Assembly: GCA_965649765.1 (NCBI GenBank)
Contig: OZ287755.1
Span: forward strand, 30,566,001-30,630,000
Length of the DNA stretch: 64,000 bases
DNA from: Bispira polyomma
Taxonomy: Eukaryota
Direction: 5' to 3'
Positions within the stretch are counted from its first letter, which is position 1. Every line of letters begins with the position of its first letter. Positions 13,010 to 27,236 of this stretch are shown one piece after another. A program made the translations under genes and the position numbers. Under the pieces are notes generated by a model, which was not told the origin of the DNA, searched no databases, and saw only the letters and a program-made list of their open reading frames with translations.

Positions 13010-14360
13010 ATATAATGATGAAAACAATTATCGCCCTATTGCCCTGGTCACTACTTGTTCTAAGCTGTTTGAGTTATTCCTGTTAGACAATATAGACATG
13101 TATCTGTAGACAACTGACAACCAATTTGGCTTTAAGAGCAACCATGCCACTGACATGTGTATTTACGCAATTAAAAGTACCATTGACTATTACAGAAAAT
13201 TAAATAGCCCTGTTTTTACTTGTTTTTTAGATGCCTCTAAGGCCTTTGATCGTGTCAATCATTGGATATTGTTTAATAAACTAATCAAACGTAAGATACC
13301 ACTATTACTTGTACGAGTCATTGCTTACTGGTATAGAAACCAACTGTTCTGTGTCAGATGGGGTACTCATGTGTCTGACAGTTTTAGTTCATGCAATGGT
13401 GTAAGGCAAGGTGGGATTCTATCCCCTAAGCTGTTTAATATTTACCTAGATGATCTGTCTATTGTATTAACTAAATCAGGCATCGGTTGCCATGTCACTA
13501 CCTGTGTTAATCATCTCTTTTGTGCAGATGATCTCTGTCTTCTAGCACCTACTGCGATGGGGTTGCAGCTACTTATGAACCAGTGTTATGACTATGGCTT
13601 AAAACATGATATACTGTTTAATGCAAAAAAATCTCATTGTGTAGTGTTTAAACCTAAAAGGTATAAATTAAATTGCCCTACAGTGTCTCTTGCTGATACA
13701 CCCCTGTTAAACGTTTCATCTGTAAAATATTTAGTTCTTCTAACTGACAGTTTTCAAGATGATGAGGAAATTACGAAACAAACTAGGGGGATTTATGCTC
13801 GTGGAAACACACTTCTCAGAAAATTTAGTCAGTGCTCCACCCATGTCAAAATTGAATTACTGCAGGCTTATTGTACTAGTTTTTATTGCTGTCCTCTATG
13901 GACAAGTTACAACATAACAAGTTTTAACAAAATTCGAGTGGCATACAACAATGTTGTTCGTAGGTTACTGGGATATGGATACAGAGACAGTGCCAGCCAT
14001 ATGTTTGTAAACAATGATGTAGATTGCTTGCGTGTTATTCTGAGAAAAAGTATATACAGTCTCAAAGTGCGCATAGAAACGTCCAATAACAATATCGTGA
14101 AGGCCTTGTGCAATAATTTTTATTTGAAAAGTGGCACAATAAGTAAATCCTGGCAAAAAGCCTTATATACATCAAGCTGATATATTTTGATCAGATATGT
14201 CTTTTATCTTGTATGTCATATATTTTAAAGCCTTTCATACAGAACCTTTTTACTAGTGTACATATTTATCATGTTTTTGTGTGATGCTATTTTATCTTGT
14301 ACTAATTATATTTTAATATGGGCCTTGGGCCTGAAATAAAGTCTATCTATCTATCCATCT
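13010..14360 (+). mobile_element. 5'-truncated RTE/RTE-X-like LINE; RT ORF 13155-14180
   Basis: NYRPIAL, FLDASKAFDRVNH, GVRQGGILSP, FCADD; 3' end AATAAA followed by (CTAT)n. Confidence 0.9.
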
Positions 14361-15976
14361 ATAAACAATTGACACATCATCAATGCAGCAGGTATTATAT
14401 GAAACCCAAGAGATATAGATACATATACCAAACAGATATGATACATAATCACCTCACCAATAAACTCAACACGACTCAGGTTATATAAATCACTTGTAGC
14501 CCATTCAAACTGCATACACACACTTATGTGATATGTATAAGGCAAATAAATATACGGTACCATAACTTTGAAGTACAGACTCAAGTAAACAAGTAAAAGT
14601 CATTTGGGGAAACAAGGCCACAAAGTCACATTTGACATAATATGTTGATAAAGGACTTACATGACACGATTTGTTAACTTATTATCTTGAATCTAGATCA
14701 GTAGATTAATGGCTTCGCTTGTGAAATGGAATTGATTGTGATCTGGATCAGTGATCTGTTGATCTTTCTCAAGAGATAGTTCAGCGGATTCAGATTAAAT
14801 GGATTACCCACAATTCATTGCAAAAATGATGGGAAAGACACACAAAAGTTGCACACACTCAAATATTCAAAATGTACACTCAGAACAGCAAATGGACTTG
14901 AATCTATATCATTGGTAGCCATTTTGAAGCTAAAAGCCAACTTTTTGCATTTTCCAACGAATCTAGATCATAATCTAGATTGCAAAGATTTAACAGATGA
15001 TCATCTGTGAAATATGCCTATTGATAGTGTCGGGGTCAAGCGACTAGTTCCTTGACCCATACATTTTGAATGCAACCAAAATTCATCGTCATTTATCCCT
15101 AAAAGGCAAAACCAAAGTAGTATCCCATGTAGATTCTTCCAGATGGGAACGTGTCCTCACAGAGGGGATCGTGTGTTAAAAGGGCAGCATTACGTCCATG
15201 TATGTTCAAATTGTATGTACTTTTGTGTATTTCATAATCACCGACAAAGCACTGAAAAAAAAAAGAATTAGGGCACTGCCAAGCTTTAGTACACAAAGCT
15301 AAATAAAATATTGATGATTTTCAGGTTAGAACTGTAAATAATGAAAATAATGAAAGTATAATGTTTTGCAATGGAGACAAACATACTGATATAATTGTGT
15401 ACATCTAACAATGGCAGTGGCAGCAATAATAAGGCCACATCACAAGGAAAATCCAATGCACAAGTTGTGCAATTGAATTTGGGCAAAGGTCAAAACAGGA
15501 CTTTACACAGTCAAAATTATATAAAGCCTAAAAGTATCTCCAATTATCACTCAGAAAAAAGTTTTTGCAAAACCCAATTTTTTTCATTGCATTTTCATAA
15601 AGAAATTCCTTAACCCATGTCACGCAAATTAGGGGTTGGGAAAAATAAGCTAAAAGGTTGACGCCCAAAGGTGACATAACGGGAACAATGGTTCAAAGAA
15701 ACTCCTTCACACCTCAATTACAAACAGTGCAAAACGTCATAAAATGCGACAAAAAATCAAACTAAAAACATAAGTGTGGAAATTAACAATAGATTTCTTC
15801 CAATACAGAAGTTATGTGACATCGACGGGGCATCGGGAATACAGTCTATATATAGATGAGGAAAACCCAGACCAAAAATAATAGCAAATAAAGAAATTGT
15901 TTCAAAATGCATTCGTACTCATTTCAACAAACCTCATGACCTCGATGAGGTATAAGGTTATTATGATAGACGAAAA

Positions 15977-16189
15977 TGTATAGCACAAACACATAAGGGT
16001 TCTGATAATTCAGTTCAATAGTTAGTTTATACCTTAACCCTCAGGGAATGAACCTGACACTAAAACTTCAGGAGCATTTACTAATCAATAACCAATCACA
16101 TTCATTCCACCAATTGCTGGAGCACAATTCACAATTGGGGGGGGGGTCATTCATATTGAGACCACATCACATGAAGGAACACAATAGAA
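15977..16189 (+). repeat. E2 terminal repeat A1
   Basis: near-identical to 20776-20984. Confidence 0.95.
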
Positions 16190-19100
16190 GTGTGACAAAA
16201 TCAACCTTTTAGGCATCCATTTTATACATGATTTTACATTTTTAGTCTTTATTTATTTGTGTGTTTATATTTTTTAATTGTGCAACAAGCGTTAATACTA
16301 TGAAACATTTAAGAAAAACACCATCTCCAGGATCAAAGCCCGCTAAAGTCAAGAAAACCACAGCCAAGGCTAAAAACACTACAATTCAGGATCAGGTAAA
16401 CGGGAGTTTTATATCCGATTCAAGTTCAGCCGGATCTGAGTTTAACCAGTATGCTGGCTCCAATCCTATTCACACGGATGTTTATCACGCTAATCAAGCA
16501 CTCGGATCACTTGCTACCACTACAAGCGGGCCGGCAGGCGACACAGCACAAATGCTGGAAATCTTGAAGAGATTGGAGCAGTCTAACACGGACTTAGGCT
16601 GGCGCCTCCACAGGGTGGAATCCTGAGAGTCTCAGAATTCCACGCCCTTACTTTCATCAGTACCTAACATGGGGGCCACTGGGGTTCCTATCCCACGTAC
16701 TCAGCCATTACATACAGTACAAGACTCACAAACTCTCCCAAGGGCCACCAACGTTCACGACTATGCCAGAGACGGAATCGTCCCAGGGGTGGATGCGCAT
16801 ATGCATGAAGTCGAGGAGGGGTGGATGCGTATGTATGCATGAAGTCGAAAAGGGTCGTCTCAGGTGGGACAACACCATGCAATGGTTGCTAAATCGGCTT
16901 AGTTTGTCCCAGATGGCTATGGCGACTTCTAACACATCAGGCAAGCATAACTCAATGGACGGTAAATCTTTGAAAACGATTTGTAAACTCTTCAACAGTG
17001 GCAAGTGCTCGCATAATTCTGACCATGGCACATACCGGTATGTGTGTTGGCACTGTGCCACGGCACTACATAAAGATAGCCAACATCCAGAATTTAAGTG
17101 CTATCGTTCCAATTCGTCCAAGCAAACCGACAGTAGGACTCTGCAAAACAGCTAGGTAATTTACCGACAACCAGTAGATCAGCACAGGGACGTGTATAAG
17201 TTGAGCGGAAAGGTGGTAAATAAAAAAGATCTGAGAATTAGGAACAGAAATCATGAATTTAAATTGTTTATTAATGTTTCGGGAAGTCGGACAGATGTAA
17301 ACAGTGTTAATGCTACAAATTGGTGTCAAAATGATGATACTGGAGAAAGTACAAAAGATGTAATTAAAGTGGTCAATGGTCAATCAGACCAAATAAATGA
17401 CACATTATTTAAAGGTAGTGATAAAAATAGAAATAGAACAGTGAATAGGTATTTAAAAGAACTGATTACTATTTGTCATGTAAATGTTAAATCTAGTGTT
17501 GGGATGAGAAAAGTACCAAATGTGAACTCCAGTGTTGATTATGTACGGAATAATGTGAATTTGTGTAATGCAAATGTTAAATCTAGTGTTATGATGAGAA
17601 AAGTACCAATGGAAACACGAGTGTTAAAAATGTATTGAATGATGTGAAATTAAATATTTCAGGCACAGACCCAACAGTATTTACATTTATTAAGCACGAT
17701 TCTAAGGCCCGTTTTCAGGAAGAACAACATAGCTGTGACAACAGACGTGTCAACATATTTTAGGATTTAAGGTACACTAACCAAACTAACACTGGAGTGA
17801 ATCATAATGTACACGACCACAGTACAGGTTTTAAGGCTTGTGTAGATACAAATGTTAATCAGAAACAATCGGGTTTTAGTGTCATGGTGGTCACTGCCAA
17901 GGTTTCTAACGGGTGGCACTGTCAGGGGATGGGGAAATATTTTCCAATAGTACATGTGGAAACAGATAATGCTGAAATTTCGGCATTTTATTGGCAACAA
18001 CCAAGTGAAGATCGGGTGCATTATAATTACATAAAATGCCAGGATTTGCTACATATTCCACTTCACATTTCTTACACCATGGAACAAGACTTGGCAGTGT
18101 ACAACCAAATTCAGCATCATGAATTTCCGAAATTTCTCCAGTCAGCAAAAAGGCTAAGGATTTTAATCTCCCTGATAAGGATAGGGGATTTATTGCTCTC
18201 TTGGCTACAGATTTCACTTTTTATGGCCCAGATAGGGATTTTAAAAAATTTGACAATATTGATGCGTTTATTGAAGGAGCAAACATTATTAAGGACACAG
18301 GCTGTTCTAATTACAAAGGGGCTCGGATTCCTTTGCTCTCTGACTTAAATGTTGAGGCTTGGGAAAAATTGCTCAGCGACTATCCTGATAAGTTACTTTT
18401 TCAGTATCTCAAATTTGGATTCCCACTTTCCCTTACTGATCCTGATCAACTTAAAATTACTGAAGTTACTAACCGCCATTCTGCTCTTCGCTAGGATATA
18501 TATACTGGACGTCACCAGAGCCTTTCGTATCTTAAGGGTGGACCCAGTCGACGCCATGAAGCTAGGTATAAAAGTTAAGTGTAATGGCTACATTGATCCT
18601 GCAGTTGCGTTCGGCTGGGTCCACGGCGGCGTTCTAGCGTCTCTCTGACATCATGTGCTCTGTTACATCGATGACTACATTGGTATATCCCCCAGGAACG
18701 ATGCAGATAGGGCTTTTCATGATATAACTGATCTGGTGACCTCATTAGGCCTTCCTAGCAAACAGGACAAGTTATCTGCCCCTAATACTAAAGTAACGTG
18801 CTTAGGCATTGATATTGACTTGAATGAGGGCGTTATCAGCATAACTAAAGAAAAAATAAAGGAAACCTATGACACTTGTTTACAAATAAGTAACAAAACC
18901 TGGATCTCGCGGAAAAAAATTCAATCTATTCTAGGTAAGCCTCTCTACATACATAAGCGCGTGAAACCTGCACGCATTTTTGTCAATAGACTTCTTGTAG
19001 CTTTTAGGAGTAACCCACTGACAAAAAGATTTAAGGTTATTGAAGAGATTAAGGCAGATTTGCAATGGTTTGTCATTTTCTTACCAACTTTTAACGGGGC

Positions 19101-20578
19101 TACTTACATAGAACCACTAGAAAAAACCCAAGGAAATGAAGTGTTCATAGATGCTTGCCTTACTGGTTTAGGCGGCATTTATGGCAAACAAATATATGCT
19201 GTCCCTTTTCATAAAAAAATAACCTTAATCTCACAATAGTTCACTTGGAGATGTTGAACATTCTGATTGCTCTCAGATTATGGGCAGTCGAATGGGCACA
19301 CTCTTGAATAAAAATAAACTGTGACAATATGGCAGTAGTGCTGGTTGTCAGTTCTAGTAAGACTAAGGATAAATGTCTCGCTCTATGCCTCCGGAACATA
19401 TGGCTGTTGTCAGCCAAATAAGATATCACACTCGAGGTCCAACACATTAGGGGCAAAAAGAACGTCATTGCAGACTACCTTTCTAGAATATATTCAGAAA
19501 ATCCAATAACTGTTGACATTAACAATGATGACTATAAACACCTCATCTGGAATCATATTCCACTAGCTTATTTTAATATAAATTTTACATTATAATTTAA
19601 GGTGCTTCGACTGTTACACAGCCACTTATGACTTCAGCATGGGACAGACTTAACACTGCTTTTCACCTAAATACTGCATCAACATACAGTAATCAGTTTA
19701 AGACTTTTTTAGCTTTCAATTACTTTGCTGGGATTCAAGCAGTTGACACACAATCATTCCTCGCTTTCCTAGAATATTTAGTACAAAATTCCCAAGGCTA
19801 TTGCAAACTATATTTCTGCTATTAATTTTATGGCTGGGAAATTTCATTGGGATTTGGCTATATTTGAAAACAACACGGTTGCTTTATTTATGAGAAGTTT
19901 GTCCCATAATTCACATTTCAGACCTCAGCCTAAAGGCATATTTAACGTTAAACATATGGCTCTTATCTCGCAGGGTCGCGACATACTTTCTGATCCTGTG
20001 CTATACAGGGCCAACATTCTCCTTGCTTCCGGGTTTCTTCGCATATCCAACATTGCTCCACACTCTAGGGCTACTTTTGACCCCTCCAGACATTTCTTAA
20101 GAAAGGATGTCATATTTGGCCATCCAGGGGCCCACATTATTCTCAAGTGGGCCACAAACCAACAGGATAGGTCCCAGTGACATGTAATTCAAATCCCCAC
20201 GGTTAAGAACATCATTCTGTGCCCTGTGAGGGCCCTACATAGATTACTCTCATCTAGACACCTTCTTGACTCTGCACTTTTGTTTGCAGAATCTCACCAT
20301 CCAAACTTCTCAGTCATAGACACTCACGTGCGTTCTGCACTCACTTCTGTGTTGACACATATAGGCATTCCACACAAATCACACACATTCCACACATAGA
20401 GAAGGTCAGGTGCCACATATGCCTTTAATAATAATGTTTTTTTTACAAAATATCATGTCTCATGGACTGTGGAGGTCATCAGCAGTTTGGACCTACCTTC
20501 AAAAAACACCACAAGCAGCCTCCACAGTCCCCCTTACCTTTGCCTCCTCTATTCCCCTAAATTTTTGACTTTGGGTTT

Positions 20579-20984
20579 GGGTGTTTTTAAAATCTGGATA
20601 TTTTAAAATCCTATTATACTACATTCATTGATAACATTACTTATTTTACTAATATGTACAGTAATAAAAACCTCAAACCTAGTTTTAGTCCCGTGTTCAT
20701 ACTTGCAAACTTCATTCAACTTTTTAGTTCTACAACCTAACTTTGGCCTTGACCTAATACTTCACTAGTGAACTGTGTATAGCACGAACACATAAGGGTT
20801 CTGATAATTCAGTCCAATAGTTAGCTTATACCTTAACCCCTAGGGAATGAACCTGACACTAAAACTTCAGAAGCATTTACTAATCAATAACCAATCACAT
20901 TCATTTCACCAATTGCTAGAGCACGATTCACAATTGGGGGGTCATTCATATTGAGACCACATCACATAAAGGAACACAATAGAA
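20579..20984 (+). repeat. E2 internal B1-A2 junction repeats
   Basis: B1 20579-20775 abuts A2 20776-20984 (GAACTG|TGTATAGC). Confidence 0.95.
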
Positions 20985-21080
20985 AAGTGCCCACCGCCAC
21001 CCCTTCTTCCACCAATATCCCTTATTAATAATAAGGTTTTCTTAAGGCACTTGATTAGGAACAACTCTGTTGTTTTTGTT

Positions 21081-21236
21081 AGCAGCAATGTGGACTCGTG
21101 ACCGTGTGGAGGTATGGTTCCCCCTTGGTAACTACCCCTTGGGTGGGCTCCAGGGAGGATTATTAGCTCTGCAGGTGGAACCTTCCTCTGCTAGGCGACT
21201 AGGTGCCACAAGTCACGAGCCCCCTGCATTGCTGCT
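21081..21236 (+). ncRNA. candidate structured RNA motif in the A2-B2 spacer of E2
   Basis: nested stems AGCAGCAATG/CATTGCTGCT, CTCGTGAC/GTCACGAG, TGTGG/CCACA, GGTTCC/GGAACC; CTAG-GCGA-CTAG GNRA hairpin; homologue with swapped outer stems at 48438-48595 (-). Confidence 0.75.
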
Positions 21237-21535
21237 TAGGCATTGAAACATAGCACACACTTTTAAGGATATTTATTTTATGATACTTTAGTCTTGCATA
21301 CCTAGGGCAGATTTAAAGGATTACTGCAGTATGTCTGTTAGATAGTCCCATTTTCATATGCAATAATTATATGTTTTACATTGATGCCTCCTGCGCGGGT
21401 TTTTTCTATATTTATTTTTGATATGGTAATAACCAGTAACATATGGTCAGTGATGAATTATTGGTTTATACACTTTGGAAGGACTTGTTTAATTACGTCT
21501 TGTGATATTTCTTTTTTATTTTCTGTACTTTGTAC

Positions 21536-21733
21536 GGGTGTTTTTAAAATCTGGATATTTTAAAATCCCGTTAAACTACATTCATTGATAACATTATATA
21601 TTTTACTAATATGTACAGTAATAAAAACCTCAAACTTAGTTTTATTCCCGTGTTCACACTTGCAAACTTCATTCAGCTATTTAGCTCTACAACCTAACTT
21701 TTGACTTAACCTTAATACTGCACTAGTGAACTG
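21536..21733 (+). repeat. E2 terminal repeat B2
   Basis: near-identical to 20579-20775. Confidence 0.95.
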
Positions 21734-22029
21734 AATGTCACAATGCACTTGTACTCTACAAAATGGCGGTCCCCAAAATTATGCCCTTAGTTGAAGTTAA
21801 ATGTTAATATTTCAAATAGGAGTTTAATCAACCATTAGTTTAAGATGTAGCTAGCTATGCCTATTGTTCAATTACCGTAATATATTTAATTTTAGTGACT
21901 GAGGGGTCATGCCATTATTGTTGGCAGTGACTATCAAATTCTGTTTTGAGGAGAAATCTGATTTAGAGCTTTGTGGAAAACCAAAATGTAAAGGACTAAT
22001 TTGTAAAGCATTTCACAGCCCCGCTTACA

Positions 22030-23690
22030 AAGACTGGAGGCACAAAATATAGACAAATTTGGATTTATTCAGTTTGGTGAATTCTCGGTAGCAATTCATG
22101 ACATCAGAAACAAATTAAGGGCACTACATTAGAATAGCATGAATTTGTTTACATTTTAAAAGTTCCCAATTTTCAGGGTATACAATTTGTAGTTACCTCC
22201 CAATTATCCACAAATGGGAAAAACACCTTTTGCATTCGGTTATTGGAATAAACAGCTTTCCATGTTAATCAGATAATAATTTATATGGCTACCCATTAAA
22301 ATTGTTTTCGGAAATAACATTGTCCCATTTTGATAAAAATCACAAAACAGCTCTGGATTACCCTGAGGACATTAAAGCTTATCTGAAACAAAAAATAGAA
22401 TTTGAGGCCATTCTTGGTCCCTTTACCCAAACTTGCATATATGAATTATACGTATGCTTCCACAGGACTAGTAACATACACGTATTTAGACCCCTTGGTG
22501 CTAACTCTTCCTTCTATAGATATCATCACTGAACAGATTCAGAAAATAGGAAGAGAATATAAGATAGATATCAGTATCGCGTTAAAAGTAAGAATTGTAA
22601 CAGTAGATCTAGCTGGTTACTTTTTGCTAGGCCTAAAACTAGATAATTACTATATAGGTGCTTGTCTTCCGTTTTGATTTTGGCACAGAAGTGCCATGTT
22701 TTAGCATCTCAGCCACACAGTACGTTTTATAATGTGCAATGTCACAGCTATTATGTCACAAATTATACTGATAACTTAATCAGGTATGGTACGTCACCTG
22801 ACAGTCAAAAATCTTTTAGTATCCTGTATGACTTACTACAAGAACTGTGTTTCACCCCGAGTACTAATGAGCTTTTACAACCAAAGCAAAAAGGTAGTTT
22901 GCCTGGAAGTATTAATTTCACTGTTTCTGCCCCAGATGATAAACTAAAAGATACCATAAAGACATGTGCAGCCTGGCAAGGCAGAAACAAATGCCCCAAA
23001 CGTGACCGACAGTCTGGGTTCACTCCTTTACATCTTCAATGTGTCAAAGGCTCAAGAGTATTCTTAAATCGTATGTTGGAAACACTTATAAATGTCACTA
23101 GTAGTAACATCATTGACTAACACATAGAATTCCATCAAGACTAAAACTGGTTCTCTGAATTCCTTTCAAAGTTTAACGAAGTAGCCTTTTTTAATAAATT
23201 CAATGGAACTAGATCCATGTTTGGAAGGTATAGGTGGTCCACGCAATAATATGATGTTTACTAAACATCTACCAATGGGCTACAAAAACCTGAATATAGC
23301 ACACATCGATATGTTAAATATACTGGTAGCTGTAATATTGTAAAACAATTAATGGCAGGAAAAAAACTGTGTTTTGTGGCAATGAGGCAGGAGTAACAAT
23401 ATTAAACTCAGGTAGAACCAAAGATCGCATCATAGCTGCAATAGCAAGAAACATATTGATAGAGGTAACCACAAAGGACAGAAACCTCAGAACAGTTTAC
23501 ATTTAGGGAAAAACAAGCCTGCTTTCTAGGTGGTCTCTTCAGATAGATAGCGACATAAAGTTAAAACAATACGTACATAACCTACAATGGCTCCAGGTAG
23601 ATGATAGTATGTTAGACATCATTTGGTCTATCTAATTGTATCACCATCACTTCTCCATTTCGCCTCACAGGCTGCTTCCAGGGCTCATCA
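22030..23690 (+). mobile_element. highly decayed YR retrotransposon RT/RNase H remnant (E4)
   Basis: NHKTALDYP..AILGPF, LPSIDII, KIDIS, CLPF, RVFLNRML and MLNILVA fragments. Confidence 0.8.
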
Positions 23691-23913
23691 GGGCCCGTAT
23701 TCTTAAACATATACTTAGCTTAAAGTCATACTCAACTCCAATTTGGATTCTCTATAACTCTAGATACAGCAAAAAATATGTAAAATCTGACTTCATGTCT
23801 CTATTAAAATGAATGGTCACATGTATAGGTTATTTCCATGTACAAGGATTTCCACATAGCCTATATTTGAATTCAGTATGAGTTTAAGCTGAGTATAAGT
23901 TCGAGAATAGGCC
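23690..23913. mobile_element. MITE with ~40-bp imperfect TIRs (PIF/Harbinger-like ends)
   Basis: GGCCCGTATTCTTAAACATATACTTAGCTTAAAGTCATACT vs AGTATGAGTTTAAGCTGAGTATAAGTTCGAGAATAGGGCC. Confidence 0.75.
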
Positions 23914-26264
23914 TTTATACTACGCCAAAAGAATTGCAAATCCTTGTGTATGCGATTAATGTGGCGACAGAGCATTGCTCCTACAATGTCACCAAATTAG
24001 CTTCAATTTAAATCTTCTCACATTATATGACTTCCAAATTACCTGATCATGATAAAAGATAAAGTTTTTAATATCTTTTTAAATCATTTTTAATGGTTGG
24101 GACAGCCTTGAGAACATGTCCCTGTGTATCTTTATAATTTCCTATGGGGGTCTAATTATGCGTGCCTCGGGCTTACGTTGTAGAAGCTTCACTAGAATGG
24201 GGCGATCCCTACACATTTCCTACACATTTATTGCAATGGTGGTGCATTGCCACCTCGATCCTTGCATGTTTTGAATGTCCACCCCTGCTGTGAACGATCC
24301 CTTGCAAAAAGTTCAGTTTTAAACTAAATTTCTAGAAAGATTTGTGCGGTACTGTAGAATGCAATTCTTCACCCTATGTTCTTGTATGCATTTTATGTGC
24401 ATGCAACACTTACTAAACTCGTCCATAGGGCAATTGAACCAACCAAATTTTTACAGCGTTTTGACACAAATTCACAGGCATCTCGTTCGTTGATTGCTTA
24501 AGTATGATCCACCTTTAACTCACCCATTCACACATGAAACGGTACCCCCTTATTCTAACTGCTCCTTTTTACAAGACCGAGACTTCCCAACCAACTCCAA
24601 AAAGTTTTGTGATATATTTTATACCATGGCCAACTTTAGGTTTTTAGAATGGATCCTGAAAATAATGGAAATACATCACTCTGTACAGCACAAACTAATG
24701 TTCGTGATTTGTAAACCTGTAGTAAACATATTTCAACGTCAAAACTTAATAGAAAACTGAGTCTCACCAATCAATATATGAGTTTCTTACACCAGATGAA
24801 AAAAATTATTCAGTGGCATAAAACACTTTGCAGTGAGCTGCAGTGTGGTTTAATAGGGTCTTCTTACAGATGAAAAAAAAATTCAGTGCTATACATTCCA
24901 CCCCAGCCCCATAAGATGCATGTCATAATAACAGGCACTGGGATATATATATATATATATTTTTAAAGAGTCATATTATTATTACTAAAATGTTTGTAAA
25001 GTAACATGTTATTATAGATGAGTACACTAGACATTTAGAAATATACTTTTTAAATTACTCTACAAAGTTACAAGATTACTATGAATATACTTTTTAAAAA
25101 TACTATATAAAATTAGTATATGACTAGCAATACTTTGATTTTCTAATAGATAGTACCTCTTATACTTTAATGGAGGTACATTGTTAAAGCAATTGATTAT
25201 GATATACTCTTGAATAGATATGTGCAAAGTGAGAATCTAGCCTATAGTGCTTTACAATTTAATTAAAGTTTTATCAATTGTAAGCAGTTACTGCTTGGTT
25301 ATACGAGGACTTTGTAGTGTTATGGTTTAACAGAATAATAACTAAGTTATACAGTAACAAAACCATTCTATTGTTTTCAAAAAATTTACTTGTGCCGATC
25401 TGCCGGAACGTCTTGATATTGGCTCTTACTAAAATGACACAAAGTTTGTACACAACAAGGAGGCGTAAAAAAAAAACATTTTTAAAAGTTACAATAGCAT
25501 GCGCAATACGTGACTGCTTTGTGGGCAACAAAGCGGGAGCATGTCCAGCTCATATGTGAGGACCCTATGTGGCTGAGCATTACAGCCCATTAAGCTAATT
25601 ACATCACGCACCCTTATTTGCCAGGTCTGTAAACTTGGTTAAGCCAGTACTTGTAAAACTGTGACATTTGTTAGAAGAGCAGTGACATGACAATAGGGGT
25701 ACAATCTGTATGATTTTTACGCATAGTCCACCGTGTCACCTCCTGTCAGCATAATTTTCTAAAGTAGCCACAGATGCGAGGGGACTGCATCCACTGTGCA
25801 TCTAGTGCTCTCCTGTATGTTACCATCTGGTCTTATGTAAAACCCACTATGTCTCAATGACTTTGTTTTTCCATTCCTTCTGAAACTTGAACAACAGATG
25901 TGAGCAACATATCCCATCATGCTTATGGGTGGGAATTAAAGGGTAGGAATTCTAAATGTACCAGTAACTCTTCTGAATATTATTTTGAAAGTGAATTTAT
26001 GAGGGAAATGGAGAAAAGAGCGAGAATAGGATTGTGGTGGGCTGACGCCTCGGCGACAGTCTCCTCAGTTCTGGCACCAGGCTACTGGGGGGCCAATTAG
26101 GCCACATGGGGTCATGAGGACAACTATATAAGGGTTTGGTGCCCAACAAGCGCCATCATTAAAACAAATGCATTCTCAAAGAAAGAGTGTTTTAACAATT
26201 GGGGCTTTACTACCTTACGTTGATTTTAACTTTGGTTTTAAGCTTATTTTAAATACACCTGAAA

Positions 26265-27236
26265 ATGCCTAAAAGGGAATATCAGTGTAATGGGTGTTTG
26301 GGCAAGCATGAAAGGCCTGTTGGAAGGCGTTGTCGGTTTTACTTGGAGGACAGCGTCGCCGAGGAAGTGGCCATGGTTGATCCTGCTTCTACCAATGGTT
26401 TGTCTGATTCTGTGGGACAAATATTACAACAACTCCAGGTGTTGAATGAAAAAAAGGAAAGCATGGATCAATGTGTGCAAGTCACGGAGGCAGCGCTGTG
26501 TCCACCCAGCACCAATACGGCATGAACAAACCCTTCTATACCTAGTATTAGTGTTGCAAAAGTATCTGAGCCAGTAATAGAAACCGTGATTCCATCCCTA
26601 GAATTTTGCGTTCAAATGATCAAATACAGGCCCAGGTAGACCAGCGTTTAGTGCAGTTGCAGCAACTCAATGAGTTTACCGGAGGTAAATTAAAGTCACA
26701 GCGTGGTGGTGCTGAGGCCCCTATTAAGAAAAGCATTGATTGGCCTCAGAATTTTGTACTGTCGGGAGTGAAAAAAACCAGGCCCACGTACGATGATTTA
26801 ACATTAGTGCAATTTACTTCAGGATTTGTTTGATGCATACAGGAGCAAAAAACTTCGGAAGTACGGGAAGCAATGCTCGAGTATCTTGCCAATTTGATGG
26901 ACGACGCCCACAATTTCTCGTGGGAAGCAGCCAAGGCGTCTCACGCTACTTTGCTTACTAATATGGAACTTGACCACCTTAAGTGGACGGACGTTGACAA
27001 AGTAGACCGTGTCCGTAGAGTTCACGCTCAATGCCATATTCCAAACAGTACAAAAAATTCAGGCGCTTCAAAGTCCAATTCCAAGCCAAAAAGTCTGTCG
27101 TTTTTTCCAGGAAGGAACTTGTAAGTTCAACACTAGCAACCGTACTTCCAGACAGTTGTTCAAACACTGCTGCGAAAACTGTGATGGCTCACATCAGACT
27201 AAACTATGTACTAAAAAATCAGTAGTAAAAAACTGA
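26265..27236 (+). pseudogene. gag of E3 (N-terminal CxxC-H-RP-G-C motif, C-terminal zinc-finger region)
   Basis: CNGCLGKHERPVGRRC; KSQRGG..WPQNF..RPTYDDL; CRFFQEGTC...HCCENC..H; several stops and frameshifts. Confidence 0.88.

Larger units (their letters stand above)
15977..21733 (+). mobile_element. YR retrotransposon E2 (related to E1), complete split-direct-repeat termini, ORFs decayed
   Basis: A1 15977-16189 ~ A2 20776-20984; B1 20579-20775 ~ B2 21536-21733; gag 16300-17155 (internally deleted), RT/RNase H ~18200-19590, YR ~19602-20568. Confidence 0.95.

Noticed and set aside
14650-15020. Possible degenerate MITE
   Set aside because: Terminal inverted similarity too weak to define ends.
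21088-21246. 52-codon ORF (MWTRDRVEV...) over the spacer motif
   Set aside because: The homologue at 48438-48595 has no matching start and differs by indels while keeping base pairing, so the constraint looks structural.
23652-23692. Minus-strand CTGATGA-GCC...GGC-GAAA hammerhead-like core
   Set aside because: No convincing stem I/III or cleavage site could be formed. It overlaps the start of a decayed YR frame and a MITE boundary.
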